A stretch of 63,968 nt of DNA, filler included, from Octopus bimaculoides (taxonomy: Eukaryota), in NCBI RefSeq assembly GCF_001194135.2. It is 8 parts of 8 records of this genome, joined end to end, with 100 filler letters (N's around TTAATTAATTAA, not from the genome) between each part and the next. Parts side by side here need not be neighbours in the genome. Positions count along the whole stretch, not along the records: positions 1 to 19,075 come from NC_069004.1; 7 more parts are not named here. The stretch is one strand, 5' to 3'. Below are positions 1 to 12,474 of the stretch, one piece after another (position 1 is the first letter of the stretch; each line of letters starts with the position of its first letter). Position numbers and translations under genes: made by a program. Below the pieces are notes generated by a model. It was not told the origin of the DNA. It saw only the letters and a program-made list of their open reading frames with translations, and made no database searches.

Positions 1-97
1 TGTATTTATATAATATGCATTCACAGACACACTCAGACATATATACACATATATACGTTATTTATATAGTGTATGTATATACACACATATATATATA

Positions 98-540
98 CAG
101 GGTGCGGTGAATAAACTGTCGTCTAAACTATGCAAAAATGAAAATAACAGTGAAATCTCATTTTAACAGATATATTTACTAAAATTACATAAAAATACCT
201 TGAAGTACTAAAGAGTAAGTTTATTCAATAAAATCACCATCGGCTTCAACCATGGCCTCTAGACAACTTTGGAATCTTCCACAACTCTTCTGAATGTTCT
301 CCTTGTTTAAGTTGGTGAATGCTGAAATGTTCGTATTGGAGCTTCCTGCATAAATGCCAAGCAGTACACCATGTCATTTCTGAATTTCTGGCAGAACAAA
401 TTCCACCATGGTGGTGTTTTTTTCACAGACGGTACCCAGCTGACCCTACTATACTGTGTAGTCAACAAGATTGAAAACAAGTGATGCGCATGCATGAAAT
501 TAAAAATGTCAAATGACGACAATTTACCCATCACACCCTG
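98..540 (-). mobile_element. Tc1/mariner-superfamily internally deleted DNA transposon
   Basis: 26-bp imperfect TIRs CAGGGTGCGGTGAATAAACTGTCGTC / GACGACAATTTACCCATCACACCCTG, flanked by TA on both sides; minus 322-221 encodes AFTNLNKENIQKSCGRFQSCLEAMVEADGDFIE*, a Tc1-like transposase C-terminus. Confidence 0.88.
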
Positions 541-551
541 TATATATATTG

Positions 552-582
<31 letters not shown>

Positions 583-657
583 CATATATATATACAGGGT
601 GAGCCAAAAGTAGGTGGACAGTAAAAAAACACANNNNNNNNNNTACATATATATATA

Positions 658-796
658 CAGGGTGAGCCAAAAGTAGGTGGACAGTAAAAAAATATAAAAC
701 ACATAGTTGCAACATGGTTATAATAAACAATTGCATTAATATAACTGATACATAAATCTATTCCAAATACTGTCCGCCTACTTTTGGCTCACCCTG
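658..796. mobile_element. Tc1/mariner-type MITE (139 bp)
   Basis: 29-bp TIRs CAGGGTGAGCCAAAAGTAGG(T/C)GGACAGTA with one mismatch, TA on both sides; the extra left end at 595 is an overlap duplicated across the 10-N gap. Confidence 0.9.
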
Positions 797-800
797 TATA

Positions 801-873
801 TCGCGGATAGCTCAGTAAGTAGAGCACAAGACTCTTAATCTCGGTGTCGTGGGTTCAAGCCCCACGTTGGGCG
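801..873 (+). tRNA. tRNA-Lys(CTT), degenerate, probable pseudogene
   Basis: 73 nt matching canonical metazoan tRNA-Lys-CTT at about 63/73 positions; anticodon loop CTCTTAA, intact T arm GTGGG-TTCAAGC-CCCAC, T8 run at 881-888; three acceptor-stem mismatches, G18A and one anticodon-stem mismatch. Confidence 0.85.
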
Positions 874-890
874 TAGTATCTTTTTTTTAG

Positions 891-960
891 GGGTGGCCAT
901 GGCTGTGTGGTAAGAAGCTTGCTTCCTAACCATAAGGTTCGGGGTTCAGTCCCACTGTGT
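891..960 (+). mobile_element. SINE family A 5' head (tRNA-derived, octopus-type)
   Basis: GGCTGTGTGGTAAGAAGCTTGCTT...GGTTCAGTCCCACTG (A/B boxes), repeated many times in the window. Confidence 0.8.
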
Positions 961-1289
961 TGTAAGAGTATGTGAATAAGCGAAGGCAAGACCTACGAGT
1001 TTGTCTTGGCATCGAGTGATATTAGATACAATAATGAAGTCAAACCAAACCATGATATTTAGAAATCATTTAATACGTACATTTCAGGTTTCTATAATGT
1101 ATAAATGGAAATGTGTCCATTACGTAAACCATCCTCAGTTAAAGCGTTTCAAAATATGAAGAAATTGATGGAAACATGTCAATATATAATGCATGTATTT
1201 CCTATTGTACATTACGAAAATCTGAAGCGTACGTATTATATGATTTCAAAATATGCAGCCATGCTGGAGCACCACCAGTGTCATCACCT

Positions 1290-1600
1290 TTAGAATGGCC
1301 ATACTTATGCGATTGGCCTTCGGTGAAGGAGGGAGTTCAGCTCTGCCGTCCTCTTTTGAGCTTCTTGCGCTGATATAGGTTACAAGTCTCACAGATGGTT
1401 CCGTGCAATTGCTAAGTGCTATGCAAGATCGGCAAAGGCCATTCGAAAGGCAACTATGACGATGTGGAAGCGATTTAGTTAAACGATTTGGGGGCCAAGA
1501 TGGAATAGAAAGGCGCACTCCACAAAGAATTGGACGCGCATTGTGGCCAGCAGTATATAACAACTGCTAGTTTGATCGAAACAGTGGTGCACTGAAATAT
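1290..1600 (+). mobile_element. Possible RLE-type LINE 3' fragment
   Basis: Interrupted frame ...DIGYKSHRWFRAIAKCYARSAKAIRKATMTMWKRFS*TIW loosely resembles RLE non-LTR C-termini; weak. Confidence 0.25.
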
Positions 1601-1628
1601 ATATATATATATATATGAATATATGAGC

Positions 1629-1676
<48 letters not shown>

Positions 1677-2358
1677 CTGCATTTGTTGAGTATATAAGCA
1701 GTTTGGCTGCTTGGTTCTCTGGACCTTTTGAATTACGGGTACAATATACCCGATGGGCTTCCGAACAGTTTCCATCTTGCCAGTGTTTACATACAAAGTG
1801 TGGCTCGAGTGGAAGGTACCTGGGAAATTACTATTGTCCANNNNNNNNNNNNNNNNNNNNNNNNNNNNNNNNNNNNNNNNNNNNNNNNNNNNNNNNNNNN
1901 NNNNNNNNNNNNNNNNNNNNNNNNNNNNNNNNNNNNNNNNNNNNNNNNNNNNNNNNNNNNNNNNNNNNNNNNNNNNNNNNNNNNNNNNNNNNNNNNNNNN
2001 NNNNNNNNNNNNNNNNNNNNNNNNNNNNNNNNNNNNNNNNNNNNNNNNNNNNNNNNNNNNNNNNNNNNNNNNNNNNNNNNNNNNNNNNNNNNNNNNNNNN
2101 NNNNNNNNNNNNNNNNNNNNNNNNNNNNNNNNNNNNNNNNNNNNNNNNNNNNNNNNNNNNNNNNNNNNNNNNNNNNNNNNNNNNNNNNNNNNNNNNNNNN
2201 NNNNNNNNNNNNNNNNNNNNNNNNNNNNNNNNNNNNNNNNNNNNNNNNNNNNNNNNNNNNNNNNNNNNNNNNNNNNNNNNNNNNNNNNNNNNNNNNNNNN
2301 NNNNNNNNNNNNNATATACACACACACATATGTATGATATAATGTAATTATATCATAT

Positions 2359-2415
<57 letters not shown>

Positions 2416-2959
2416 CGCACGCGCATACCCACATATATATATGCATACTACACATCAGTACACATGACCTGTCTACACAACACCTCACCAGCACCAGCAC
2501 CACTACCACCAACACCTAAACATTCCACCACACATCTTATTCTTAAAGAATGGCAATTGGCTTTCAAAAAAAGTAACCCCCCCCCCCCGCAAAGCAAAAA
2601 CAAAAAAAATTACCAAAAAAAAAAAGAAAAAACCCTGCAGTAACAAAAAGAAAACTCACAAAAATAAAATAAAAACCCCAAAAACAAAACAAAAATAAAA
2701 CAACAATAAAATCAAATTATAAAAAAGCCAGCCCCCCACCACCTTACTCCACCACTTCCCTGCTGCCATAGTACACTTTATTGATAAAAGAGGGAGCCAC
2801 TGTAGTATTTTTATTTTATTTTATTTTATTCAATGTCCGCTATTTTCTGTTCGTTGTGTACTTAAAGAGACGCCGTAATCACGTCTATTGGAGAAGTTAC
2901 CCCATTGGTTCTGTCTAACAGGAAATGTTTGAATTTGGTTCTATCTTGCCATATTCTTC

Positions 2960-3345
2960 CCTACCTACCTACCTACCTACCTGTCTACATTGCGATTTTT
3001 CAACCTAGCACCCTACATTCCTACCTACTTATTTACATAGCTATCTACCTAGCTTACCTATTTGCATAACTACCTATGTAATACCTACCTACCTACCTAC
3101 CTACCTACCTACCTACCTACCTACCTGTCTACCTACCTTCCTAATTAGCTGTTTACCTTACTATCTACATAACATACCAACTTACCGATTTGCATAACTN
3201 NNNNNNNNNTAGCTGTTTACCTTACTATCTACATAACATACCAACTTACCGATTTGCATAACTACTTATGTAATACCTACCTACCTACCTACCTACCTAC
3301 CTACCTACCTACCTACCTACTTATCTACCTACCTGCCTATATGCT
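2960..3345. repeat. (TACC)n microsatellite region
   Basis: Direct reading; includes a duplicated overlap around a short N gap. Confidence 0.95.
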
Positions 3346-3524
3346 AATCGTCTCACCTACTGATCTATTTGTTTACATAGCAACCCACCTGCCCACCTAC
3401 CCACTCAAATTTTAACCTATCCTATCCATTCCTCTATCTAACCAGACACCACCTGGTTAGATAGAGGAATGAATAGGTAGGTAGGTGGATAGGTTAACCA
3501 AAAACTGTAACCCCCCCCCCTCAT

Positions 3525-3790
3525 TGTAATCCCATGGATTACTTCGTGTGGAGCATGGTTGAAAAAGACACAAACCACCCAACCTGCAACACTAAGACCA
3601 TGTTAGTGGTCAAAATCAAAATGTATGAAGATCTTTTCATGAATACAGCGAGGAACGCATGCGCCAAATCCGTTGGAAGCTGTGGGCGGCTACTCTGATC
3701 AAACTGTTATCTCCTAGCCATAATCTAGTTCATATTCTTTTTGATTTTAAAAATACCTTTATTATTGGAAGGGATATTGTATTTTTGTTC
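3525..3790 (+). mobile_element. Tc1-like transposase 3' remnant
   Basis: CNPMDYFVWSMVEKDTNHPTCNTKTMLVVKIK...ARNACA..LEAV: SPDxNPxD motif region and C-terminus, frameshifted. Confidence 0.75.
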
Positions 3791-3914
3791 CTATTATATT
3801 GTTATGTATCGCTGGTCACAATGCGCTCCCACGCATTGTTGTACCTTTCAAATGATGCCATCTCGCTGGCTAAGGAGACCGGTCAATATTGCGCCTGAAA
3901 GCAACGGTCTGTCG

Positions 3915-4045
3915 GACGTTTATTCATTTACGGCTGAGTGGCCTGGAGTAACGTGAAATGAAGTGTTTTGCTCAAGGACACAATGCACCGCCCGGTCTGG
4001 GTATCGAAACTACGGCATCGCGAGTGCAATACCCTATGCAGTAGG
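3915..4045 (-). mobile_element. CORE-like tRNA-derived SINE fragment
   Basis: Reverse complement contains GTTTCGATACCC B box and GTGTCCTTGAGCAAAACACTT...CCACTCAGC core. Confidence 0.7.
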
Positions 4046-4061
4046 TCATTCCCCTTCATAC

Positions 4062-4426
4062 AGTAGGTCATTCCCCTTTATTCAATTTACGAATTTAATT
4101 CGTTCCCCAAGGCCGTTCGTGACACAAAGTGTACGTACACCGAAACTATTTTTCTCGTAGCAAATTCAAAAGGATGTGAACTTAGTGAAAGCTACACAGC
4201 AACTGATCTTCTGCTGCTGATACTCCCAGCTTGTGGCCAATTGTTGTTGCCGGCTTGCGTGTTCGTTATTCGAAACAGCGTTCGTTACTCGAAACGACGT
4301 TCGTTATTCGAAACATAGTTCGTTATTTGAAACGCCGTTCGTTACTCGCGACATTTTATGTTCGAAAAATTACTCATAAATCGATTTGTTCGTGATGAGC
4401 AGCGTTCGTAAATCGAGGTTCCACTG
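4062..4426. mobile_element. pogo/Tigger-like non-autonomous element
   Basis: Right end CGTTCGTAAATCGAGGTTCCACTG, degraded left end CAGTAG...TTCAATTTACGAATTTAATTCG, internal tandem GTTCGTTA(T/C)TCGAAAC repeats. Confidence 0.65.
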
Positions 4427-4589
4427 AATTTTTTTTTTTTACTATTACTCTTATGCGTTTCAGCCCAAAGGCCGTGGCCATGCTGGGACACAGCCTGTAA
4501 TGATGGGGCGCCGCTACTATATTGGGTCACCACATATATTCATACATATAGATATGTATGCATATGTATATATATGTATGTATGTATGC

Positions 4590-4631
<42 letters not shown>

Positions 4632-4860
4632 NNNNNNNNNNAGCCCAAAGGCCGTGGCCATGCTGGGACACAGCCTGTAATGATGGGGCGCCGCTACTAT
4701 ATTGGGTCACCACATATATTCATACATATAGATATGTATGCATATGTATATATATGTATGTATGTATGCATGTATATATATATGCATATATGTATATATA
4801 TATATGTACATATATATATGTACCAACCTACCTTGCGTTCTAACTACCACCGTATACATA

Positions 4861-4898
<38 letters not shown>

Positions 4899-5113
4899 TC
4901 ATACCACTGTACCTACTGGTCTATCTATCTACCAGCCGATCGATCTCCCACCTGATGTAGTCGTCAGTCATTCAATATATTGATTATCTTAAATAATCAT
5001 TCACACTATACACTCGTTGTATTGTTCAGCCACAATTGAGATACACTTCATCTTAACGTGAGCAGGATGTGAAAAATGTCGCCTCAAAACTCGATTAGCG
5101 CTCGTTTATTTAC

Positions 5114-5118
<5 letters not shown>

Positions 5119-5165
<47 letters not shown>

Positions 5166-5244
5166 GTTGTTGTTGTTGTTGTTGTTGTCTCTTATTTTTT
5201 CTTAGTTCTCCATACTTTCTTTACTTTCCCTTTCTTTCCTTCTC

Positions 5245-5289
<45 letters not shown>

Positions 5290-5520
5290 ACTCATTTCTT
5301 TCGTTCTTTCTCCTTTCTTTTTCTTCCATATATTTTTCTCTTTCTTTCTTTTTCTTTCTGTCCTTCTTCCATTCTTTCTTTTCCCTTTCCTTGTTTCTCT
5401 TTCACACTTTCTCATTCATTCATTCGTTCTTTTTCTTTTCCTTTATCTGTCTTTTTTCTTTATTTTCCTTTCTTTGACTTTCTCCATTTTCCCTCTTCTA
5501 TATACTTTCATTTTCCCTTT

Positions 5521-5562
<42 letters not shown>

Positions 5563-5600
5563 TTCCTGTCTTTCTTTCTTTTCCTCTCCCCCTCCCCATT
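5119..5600. repeat. (ATT)n, (GTT)n and (CTTT)n simple repeats
   Basis: Direct reading. Confidence 0.95.
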
Positions 5601-6289
5601 TTCCACTTTCATTCCTTCTCGCATATTCCCTTTCTGTCTGGAACTGCAAGAAACACCGTTTCTATCCAGCAAAGAAATTTTATAAAAAAAAAAAAGGTCA
5701 AATTGAACAGAATTTCATTATTTTCTCATTTTTTTGAAACCGATGACTACGAAAACGAAACAAGCAACAAGAATTTTAAAATATGACAAGAAAGAACTCC
5801 CCATTGTAAAGAAATATGTTTTTATTTTCTGTTTTATTTTCTTAATTTTCTTTATATTCTTTCATCTATTCAATATAATACACTTTTCATGAAAAAAAAA
5901 CAAACAAAGACAAAAAACGAATGGTCCAGTCACAATATATAATATCGCAATAGTTCTGTTCTGTGTCGTCTTCTGTGCAACAGGTCTCTTTAGCATGAAC
6001 ATTCTTTCAAGATCGAGGAGTTTCGAGGATTACCACGTGGCCATATGATTTCCATTTCAAACGCCCCATCCTTACTCGGTACCTTCGGCCTCTGCCGCTG
6101 TATCGTTTTTCACTATAACTACAGGTTGATCTGTTTAAGATGACTTCGTGACTTTGAGAATGAGAATTTGGTAACTGGAGGAAACCGTGCAGAAACTTGT
6201 GATGTATGTTATTCGATTTGATGCAGAATTGGTTTTTTATTCTTGGTGGAATTTATGTGGGAAGTGGGTGACCTTAAATATCCTGTAAC

Positions 6290-7200
6290 CTTAGATATCC
6301 ACAAGTCTTCAATAATCTTTCAAGTGCTCAAAACCCTTCTGATAAATCTTTCCTGTTCCTAAGAGGCAAACTTTCTGTAGAAGCGGTTCAGGACATTCGC
6401 TTTCAATCTCCTTCAACTATTTGTCCATACCATTATTCACAGTTCCCAGTGTACCAATTATTACAAGTTTTTATACTTCAATTTTTCGCAATTTAAAATT
6501 TTAAGGGATTGCTCCATACATTGTCAATAGCTTTCTAGTTTTTCTGTGAAGTTTCTGCATATAACTTCTGGTCCAATCTCCAATTCCAGTTCCATATCTG
6601 ATCACCGGTACTGCTCGGGTATTTATTGCTTCAATAACATTTTTAAAATTCAGCTTAGACTGTAATATATTTCTCACTCTCCTTGTATACCCTCTACTTC
6701 TAATTTGTCGAATATCTTCATGTTTTATTTCATCTCTCTCCAATATTCCCAAATACTCGTACCACTGCCCTTTCTCAACTGCTTTCATTCATTGTTTGCC
6801 CATTTGACATTTCAGTTCCCTGGCTTCCTTCAAATCTTCTTCATTTCATTATCAATATTGTCCACCTCTCCATCCCCCAAATCCATTCCTACATCATTTG
6901 AGACAACGCGAACAGCTTCAACTACTCCTTTCAAGCTGCTTCCCATTTTCACATAAAGCTTTATATCATCCATAAAAAGGAGATGATTTACCTGGCCATA
7001 TCCTTTTCCCCAAATCAGAAGCTATTTCAACTTTTCACGATATCAAACTGAGCCGCACGTGGAGATAGGTTATCACCTTATAATATTCCACATCTGATGT
7101 TCACTTTCCCAAGTCTTTGTTTTCCTCCAATCAATTCGGTATTCCGATTTTTCATACTTTGATTTACCGTTTTCTCCATATTTTCTGCTACTCCAAACAA
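6290..7200 (-). mobile_element. R4/Dong-clade non-LTR retrotransposon fragment (RT, internally deleted)
   Basis: NHLLFMDDIKLY RT motif; YEYLGILERDEIK...KLNFKNVIEAINTRAVPVIRYGTGIGDW...RKTRKLLT; C-terminal LQKVCLLGT. Confidence 0.88.
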
Positions 7201-7217
7201 TTATTATTATTATTGTT

Positions 7218-7436
7218 GTTGGCAAAATCGTTCGCACACCGGGCGAAATCTTTAGCGGTATTTCGTCCGTCTCTACATTCTGAGTTCAAATTCTGCCGAG
7301 GTCAACTTTGCCTTTCATCCTTTCGGGGTCGATAAATTAAGTACCGGTGAAACACTGGGGTCGATTTAATGGACTAGTCCCCTCCCCCAAAATTTCAGGT
7401 CTTGTGCCTTCAATAAAAAAGATTATTATTATTATA
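7218..7436 (+). mobile_element. SINE family D (tRNA-derived, (TTA)n tail)
   Basis: GGCAAAATCGTT...GAGTTCAAATTC...GCCTTTCATCCTTTCGGGGTCGATAAA...GCC TTGTGCC plus TTA tail; about 20 copies in the window. Confidence 0.85.
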
Positions 7437-7730
7437 TGAAAACTCACAGCTTATTTTGCTGGGTTTGCTGGAAAGTGCCAGCTGCCCACAGCCAGCAGAC
7501 TAAAGTAACACTTGTTTACTGGTTATGCTTCAAGAACCTTGCGAAGAATTCTTGCAGTTCCAAGCAATGCTGATTTTTGTAGGTGTTCTACCTTCACTCT
7601 GTTATAGAAGATCGTTGTGCTTTTCAACTGAAATTTGAATTTACCATGCAGTGAGTTACTACAAACAACATGGTTGGACACGACATCAACAAAACCGAAG
7701 GACAGATATCATTTAAGTATATATGAGCAT
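7437..7730 (-). mobile_element. R4/Dong LINE 3' end
   Basis: VEHLQKSALLGTARILRKVLEA* then short 3'UTR ending in (TAA)n. Confidence 0.8.
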
Positions 7731-7804
7731 GTCTAGACAAGCAACTATATGCATGAGAATACATACGTAAAACAAAACATACAGATCTGCACACATACAT
7801 ACAT

Positions 7805-8135
7805 ATCTATGGACAACTGGTTCGAAACCTCCAGCTTCTATATCCAGACTATGAATTCATATTCATACCAATAATAATTGGAGCATTAGGTATTTTTTAG
7901 TAAATACTTAAAGGAGAACTTGGATAAACTAAGATTTTCTGAAAGAGAAATTGACCGACTGATTCGGACATTATAAGTCCAATCTGTGAGTGGAACAGTA
8001 AGGATATGCAAGACTTTTTCTCAAGTTCTAAATGTGAATTTGTCTGTGTTAACTACATCCCAAAGATGGAGCCTTGTCTCTTTGTTTGGAAACCGGCTCC
8101 CTCCTCAGTGGAAGATTTATAATAATTAAAAAAAG
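7805..8135 (+). mobile_element. RLE-bearing LINE 3' end (second family)
   Basis: YGQLVRNLQLLYPDYEFIFIPIIIGALG...LIRTL*VQSVSGTVRICKTFLKF* (PIIIGALG is typical of RLE C-termini); 3' GGAGCC/GGCTCC stem and A-rich end. Confidence 0.75.
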
Positions 8136-8167
8136 ATAGAAAGCGACATACATACATACAAAAATAC

Positions 8168-8247
8168 CCTGATGTCACGCGGTGGGACTGAACCCGGAAC
8201 CATGTGGTTAGTTAGCAAGCAAGCCTTTTTACCACACAGTCACACCA
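8168..8247 (-). mobile_element. SINE family A head
   Basis: Reverse complement of family A consensus. Confidence 0.75.
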
Positions 8248-9239
8248 GAACAACTTTTCAAAAATCGATTTCTTTTTCATCTTAAACGTATATTCGAAAC
8301 TTCAGTTTTATTTATCCAAAAAAAAAAAAAGCAAAAAACAAAATCAAGACAACAACAACAACAACAACAAAAAACTGCTTAATTCATCATAATACAAACT
8401 CTTTCGCATTGAAATTTAAGTTGGAAGGTCGAGTGAGGGAAAAACACGAAGGAAACCAATGGTTTTAGAGACAAATAGTCGCCGGTTAATTAAGTTTGTT
8501 TGGTGTAGGTATACGTTGGACTTTCATCCTTTGTTTTCATGTCGGTTTTGTCATTTCTTTTTAGTTGTGTTCTGAAATTACATTAGTTCCACAAAAACTA
8601 TGCAATTTTCTCTCAATATATCCACGTTAAATAGACAAATATATTTCACTGGAATTATGCATTCAAGTATCCTAAACAATAAAATCTATATAAGCTAGCA
8701 AACAAATTTTAAAAAGATATTATAAAAACAAAATTCCAATTGTCTGCTTGTTTCAAAATATCAACACTTGTTAGAAAATAATAATTCACTTTAATACGTC
8801 TTCAAATTTGTAAATCATTTACTAACAAGAAAAAACCAAAAAAAAAAAACCGAACTAAAACATGAATATTCTTTGNNNNNNNNNNNNNNNNNNNNNNNNN
8901 NNNNNNNNNNNNNNNNNNNNNNNNNNNNNNNNNNNNNNNNNNNNNNNNNNNNNNNNNNNNNNNNNNNNNNNNNNNNNNNNNNNNNNNNNNNNNNNNNNNN
9001 NNNNNNNNNNNNNNNNNNNNNNNNNNNNNNNNNNNNNNNNNNNNNNNNNNNNNNNNNNNNNNNNNNNNNNNNNNNNNNNNNNNNNNNNNNNNNNNNNNNN
9101 NNNNNNNNNNNNNNNNNNNNNNNNNNNNNNNNNNNNNNNNNNNNNNNNNNNNNNNNNNNNNNNNNNNNNNNNNNNNNNNNNNNNNNNNNNNNNNNNNNNN
9201 NNNNNNNNNNNNNNNNNNNNNNNACACACAGACACACAG

Positions 9240-9405
9240 AAGCGTGGCTGTGTCGTAAGAAGTTTTGCTTCCCGACCACAAGCTTCCGGGTTCAGTCCCA
9301 CTGCAAAGCACGTTCGGCAAGTGTCTTCTACTATAGCTTTGGGTCGACCAAAACCTTGTGATGAGTGGGTTTCATTAACGGAGTCGGAAAGAAGCCCTGT
9401 GTATA
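9240..9405 (+). mobile_element. SINE family A 5' half
   Basis: Matches the other copies through GAAAGAAGCCC. Confidence 0.8.
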
Positions 9406-9507
9406 CGTATGTATGTATGTATGTATGTATATATGTATGGTGGGGGACAAAGACTGACACACAAATACGTGCACACCCCCATATATATATATATATATAA
9501 ATATATA

Positions 9508-9610
9508 TACGACGGGCTTCTTTCAGTTTCCGTCTACCAAATCCACTCACATGGCTATGGTCGGCTCGAGGCGGCAATAGTAGAAGACACTTGCCCAAGG
9601 AATCACGCAG
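9508..9610 (-). mobile_element. SINE family A fragment
   Basis: GACGGGCTTCTTTCAGTTTCCGTCTACCAAATCCACTCAC. Confidence 0.75.
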
Positions 9611-9854
9611 TGGCTGAATTAGGACGGCCATGCTGGAGCACCGCTTTAAAGGGTTTTAGTCGATAGCTCTATTTATATATTGTATGTGTGTGTGTGTGTG
9701 TATATGTACTAGCCACTTTATTATCATTATTTCGTTATTTTTATGTAAAAAAACAAGGTAAAAGTTTTTATTTTTCATTCCCTTCGAAATTGCTCTTAAA
9801 TGTGGTTTTGGTCGTTTTGCCTGCTCCTTCTAGCATGTAAGGCTGCCTGTTAAG

Positions 9855-10020
9855 GGTCGCCTGCTTTCGCTTGGTGTTGGTGTGTTTACGTCCCTGTAAC
9901 GTAGCGGTTCGGCAAAAGATACCGATAGAATAAGTACCACTCTTTAAGAAAAAAAAAAAAAACACAGTAAGTACTGGGGCTGATTCATTCGTCTAAAAAT
10001 TCTTCGAGGCGGTGCCACAT
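9855..10020 (+). mobile_element. SINE family A 3' half (B segment)
   Basis: GTGTTTACGTCCC..AAC.TAGCGGTTCGGCAAAAGA.ACCGATAGAATAAGTAC. Confidence 0.7.
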
Positions 10021-10357
10021 ACATAAATGACAACAATATACAGTGTTGTTTATCTTGAAGAAGGTCTTGAGTGAATTGGAGGCATTTGGCTCCTCTTTCT
10101 AGCAGCTCGAGCCACTTCAAAGAGGCGTTGAATGAGTGTCACTGTAAAGTGATTCGAGACGCAGCAGCACACACACGCACACACTTTGTCTCTCTCTCTC
10201 TCACACACATACGCATACACACACACATACACCACACCCATGCAGACACATACAAAATCAAAAAACTCACTATACCAACACACACAAACACACACACACA
10301 TACGCATCCATTGATATATCTGTATACCTAATTGTTTGGCTGTGTGTGAATATTGAG

Positions 10358-10404
<47 letters not shown>

Positions 10405-11839
10405 GTGTGTGTGTGTGTGTGTGTGTATGTTTCCATATACGACATATATATATCTTTAAAGAGAGATTTACTGACAAAATCAATATATGCATATATATNN
10501 NNNNNNNNNNNNNNNNNNNNNNNNNNNNNNNNNNNNNNNNNNNNNNNNNNNNNNNNNNNNNNNNNNNNNNNNNNNNNNNNNNNNNNNNNNNNNNNNNNNN
10601 NNNNNNNNNNNNNNNNNNNNNNNNNNNNNNNNNNNNNNNNNNNNNNNNNNNNNNNNNNNNNNNNNNNNNNNNNNNNNNNNNNNNNNNNNNNNNNNNNNNN
10701 NNNNNNNNNNNNNNNNNNNNNNNNNNNNNNNNNNNNNNNNNNNNNNNNNNNNNNNNNNNNNNNNNNNNNNNNNNNNNNNNNNNNNNNNNNNNNNNNNNNN
10801 NNNNNNNNNNNNNNNNNNNNNNNNNNNNNNNNNNNNNNNNNNNNNNNNNNNNNNNNNNNNNNNNNNNNNNNNNNNNNNNNNNNNNNNNNNNNNNNNNNNN
10901 NNNNNNNNNNNNNNNNNNNNNNNNNNNNNNNNNNNNNNNNNNNNNNNNNNNNNNNNNNNNNNNNNNNNNNNNNNNNNNNNNNNNNNNNNNNNNNNNNNNN
11001 NNNNNNNNNNNNNNNNNNNNNNNNNNNNNNNNNNNNNNNNNNNNNNNNNNNNNNNNNNNNNNNNNNNNNNNNNNNNNNNNNNNNNNNNNTATATATATAT
11101 ATATATATATGCATACATACATTTATATAAGTATATCTCATGTATGTTATATATAATGTGCGTATATGCATGTATATACATGTGTGTGTGTGTTTGTGTG
11201 TGCGTGGTGTGTGTGCGTGCGTGTGTGTATATATATATATATGCATACATACATACTGTGTATATATATTATAGGGAAGCATTCTAATATTTGCAAGTGG
11301 TATTATGAACAAAAATACCAAACATGTTAAGTAGACAAAAATATTTTTATGTTGTATTATAGATAACATTGATTAGGTATCCATTACTTGAAGTTTCACG
11401 CTGGAACGAACAGCAAAAGCTCAGATAGTTTATCAACGATCAATAAGCAATGGTTTTCACGTAGGGGTTTCACACACGTGCTTACAGGTACAGGTCGAAG
11501 GGCTGTAAAATTGCGGTTTGTATTACTGTTTATGTTCGATGACAATTCAACAAGGAAATATTTCTAATAGAAACTCTTTTCTCGTTTTCCTCGCGGCCAT
11601 AGTCCAGTAACAAGTGGACAGGTTGCTGCAAATATTATGAAGTTTAATCCAGTTTTGTTGTTCTGTTACGGCAAGTTATGTAAAACTTGCTCTAATGTCG
11701 ACACGTTCACATAATCTCTGTGTTCCTGCTTAAAACATTCGTAAGTTGTGTTAATTCTCAGAACTTAAAGAGTCGGAACAATCATTGCAAAACATTTTTT
11801 TCCTGACACTTCAAAGATTCCGGAGACCCATCACTTTCA

Positions 11840-11991
11840 TTTATAGGGACTTTGGGCACAAGACCCGAAATTTTTGTGGGAAAGTGTCTAGTTGATTACA
11901 ACGACCCCCAATACTCGACTGCTACTTATTTCATTGACCTCGGAAAGATGAAAAGCAAAGTCAACCACGGCGGAATTTGAACTCAGCGTGC

Positions 11992-12023
<32 letters not shown>

Positions 12024-12185
12024 GCGTCTGATTTAAGCTAGTGGTTTTGAGGGGAGGGATAAGTCGATTACATCGATCGCAGTGCTTGACAGGTTACTCA
12101 TCTTATCGGCCTCAAAAGGGTGAATGACAAAGTTCAGCCTGGTGAGTTTCGAATTAAGACCGTAAAAGTCCTAAGAAACGCACGC
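11840..12185 (-). mobile_element. Two partial SINE family D copies
   Basis: Reverse-complement family D segments separated by (AAT)n. Confidence 0.7.
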
Positions 12186-12186
12186 A

Positions 12187-12229
<43 letters not shown>

Positions 12230-12428
12230 ACATATATACATACGTATGCACACACTTACAAACACACATACATGCCGTAACATTCACAACCTACCGTTAA
12301 AGGCAATTAATGTAATTTGAAATCCAACCTTAAATGTTTACCTCGACTTTAACGATATTTAGCTGTCGACCACATTATCTCCTCACCGATGTTAAAGACT
12401 TAACGAAAGCACTTATACGCACGCACGC

Positions 12429-12474
<46 letters not shown>

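Noticed and set aside
585-690. Apparent tandem duplications around ~10-N gaps (also 3140-3260 and 4460-4760)
   Set aside because: Identical sequence on both sides of a minimal gap indicates unmerged contig overlap
4255-4350. Short periodic GTTCGTTATTCGAAAC repeats, CRISPR-like at a glance
   Set aside because: No unique spacers; internal repeats of a Tigger-like element in a eukaryotic genome
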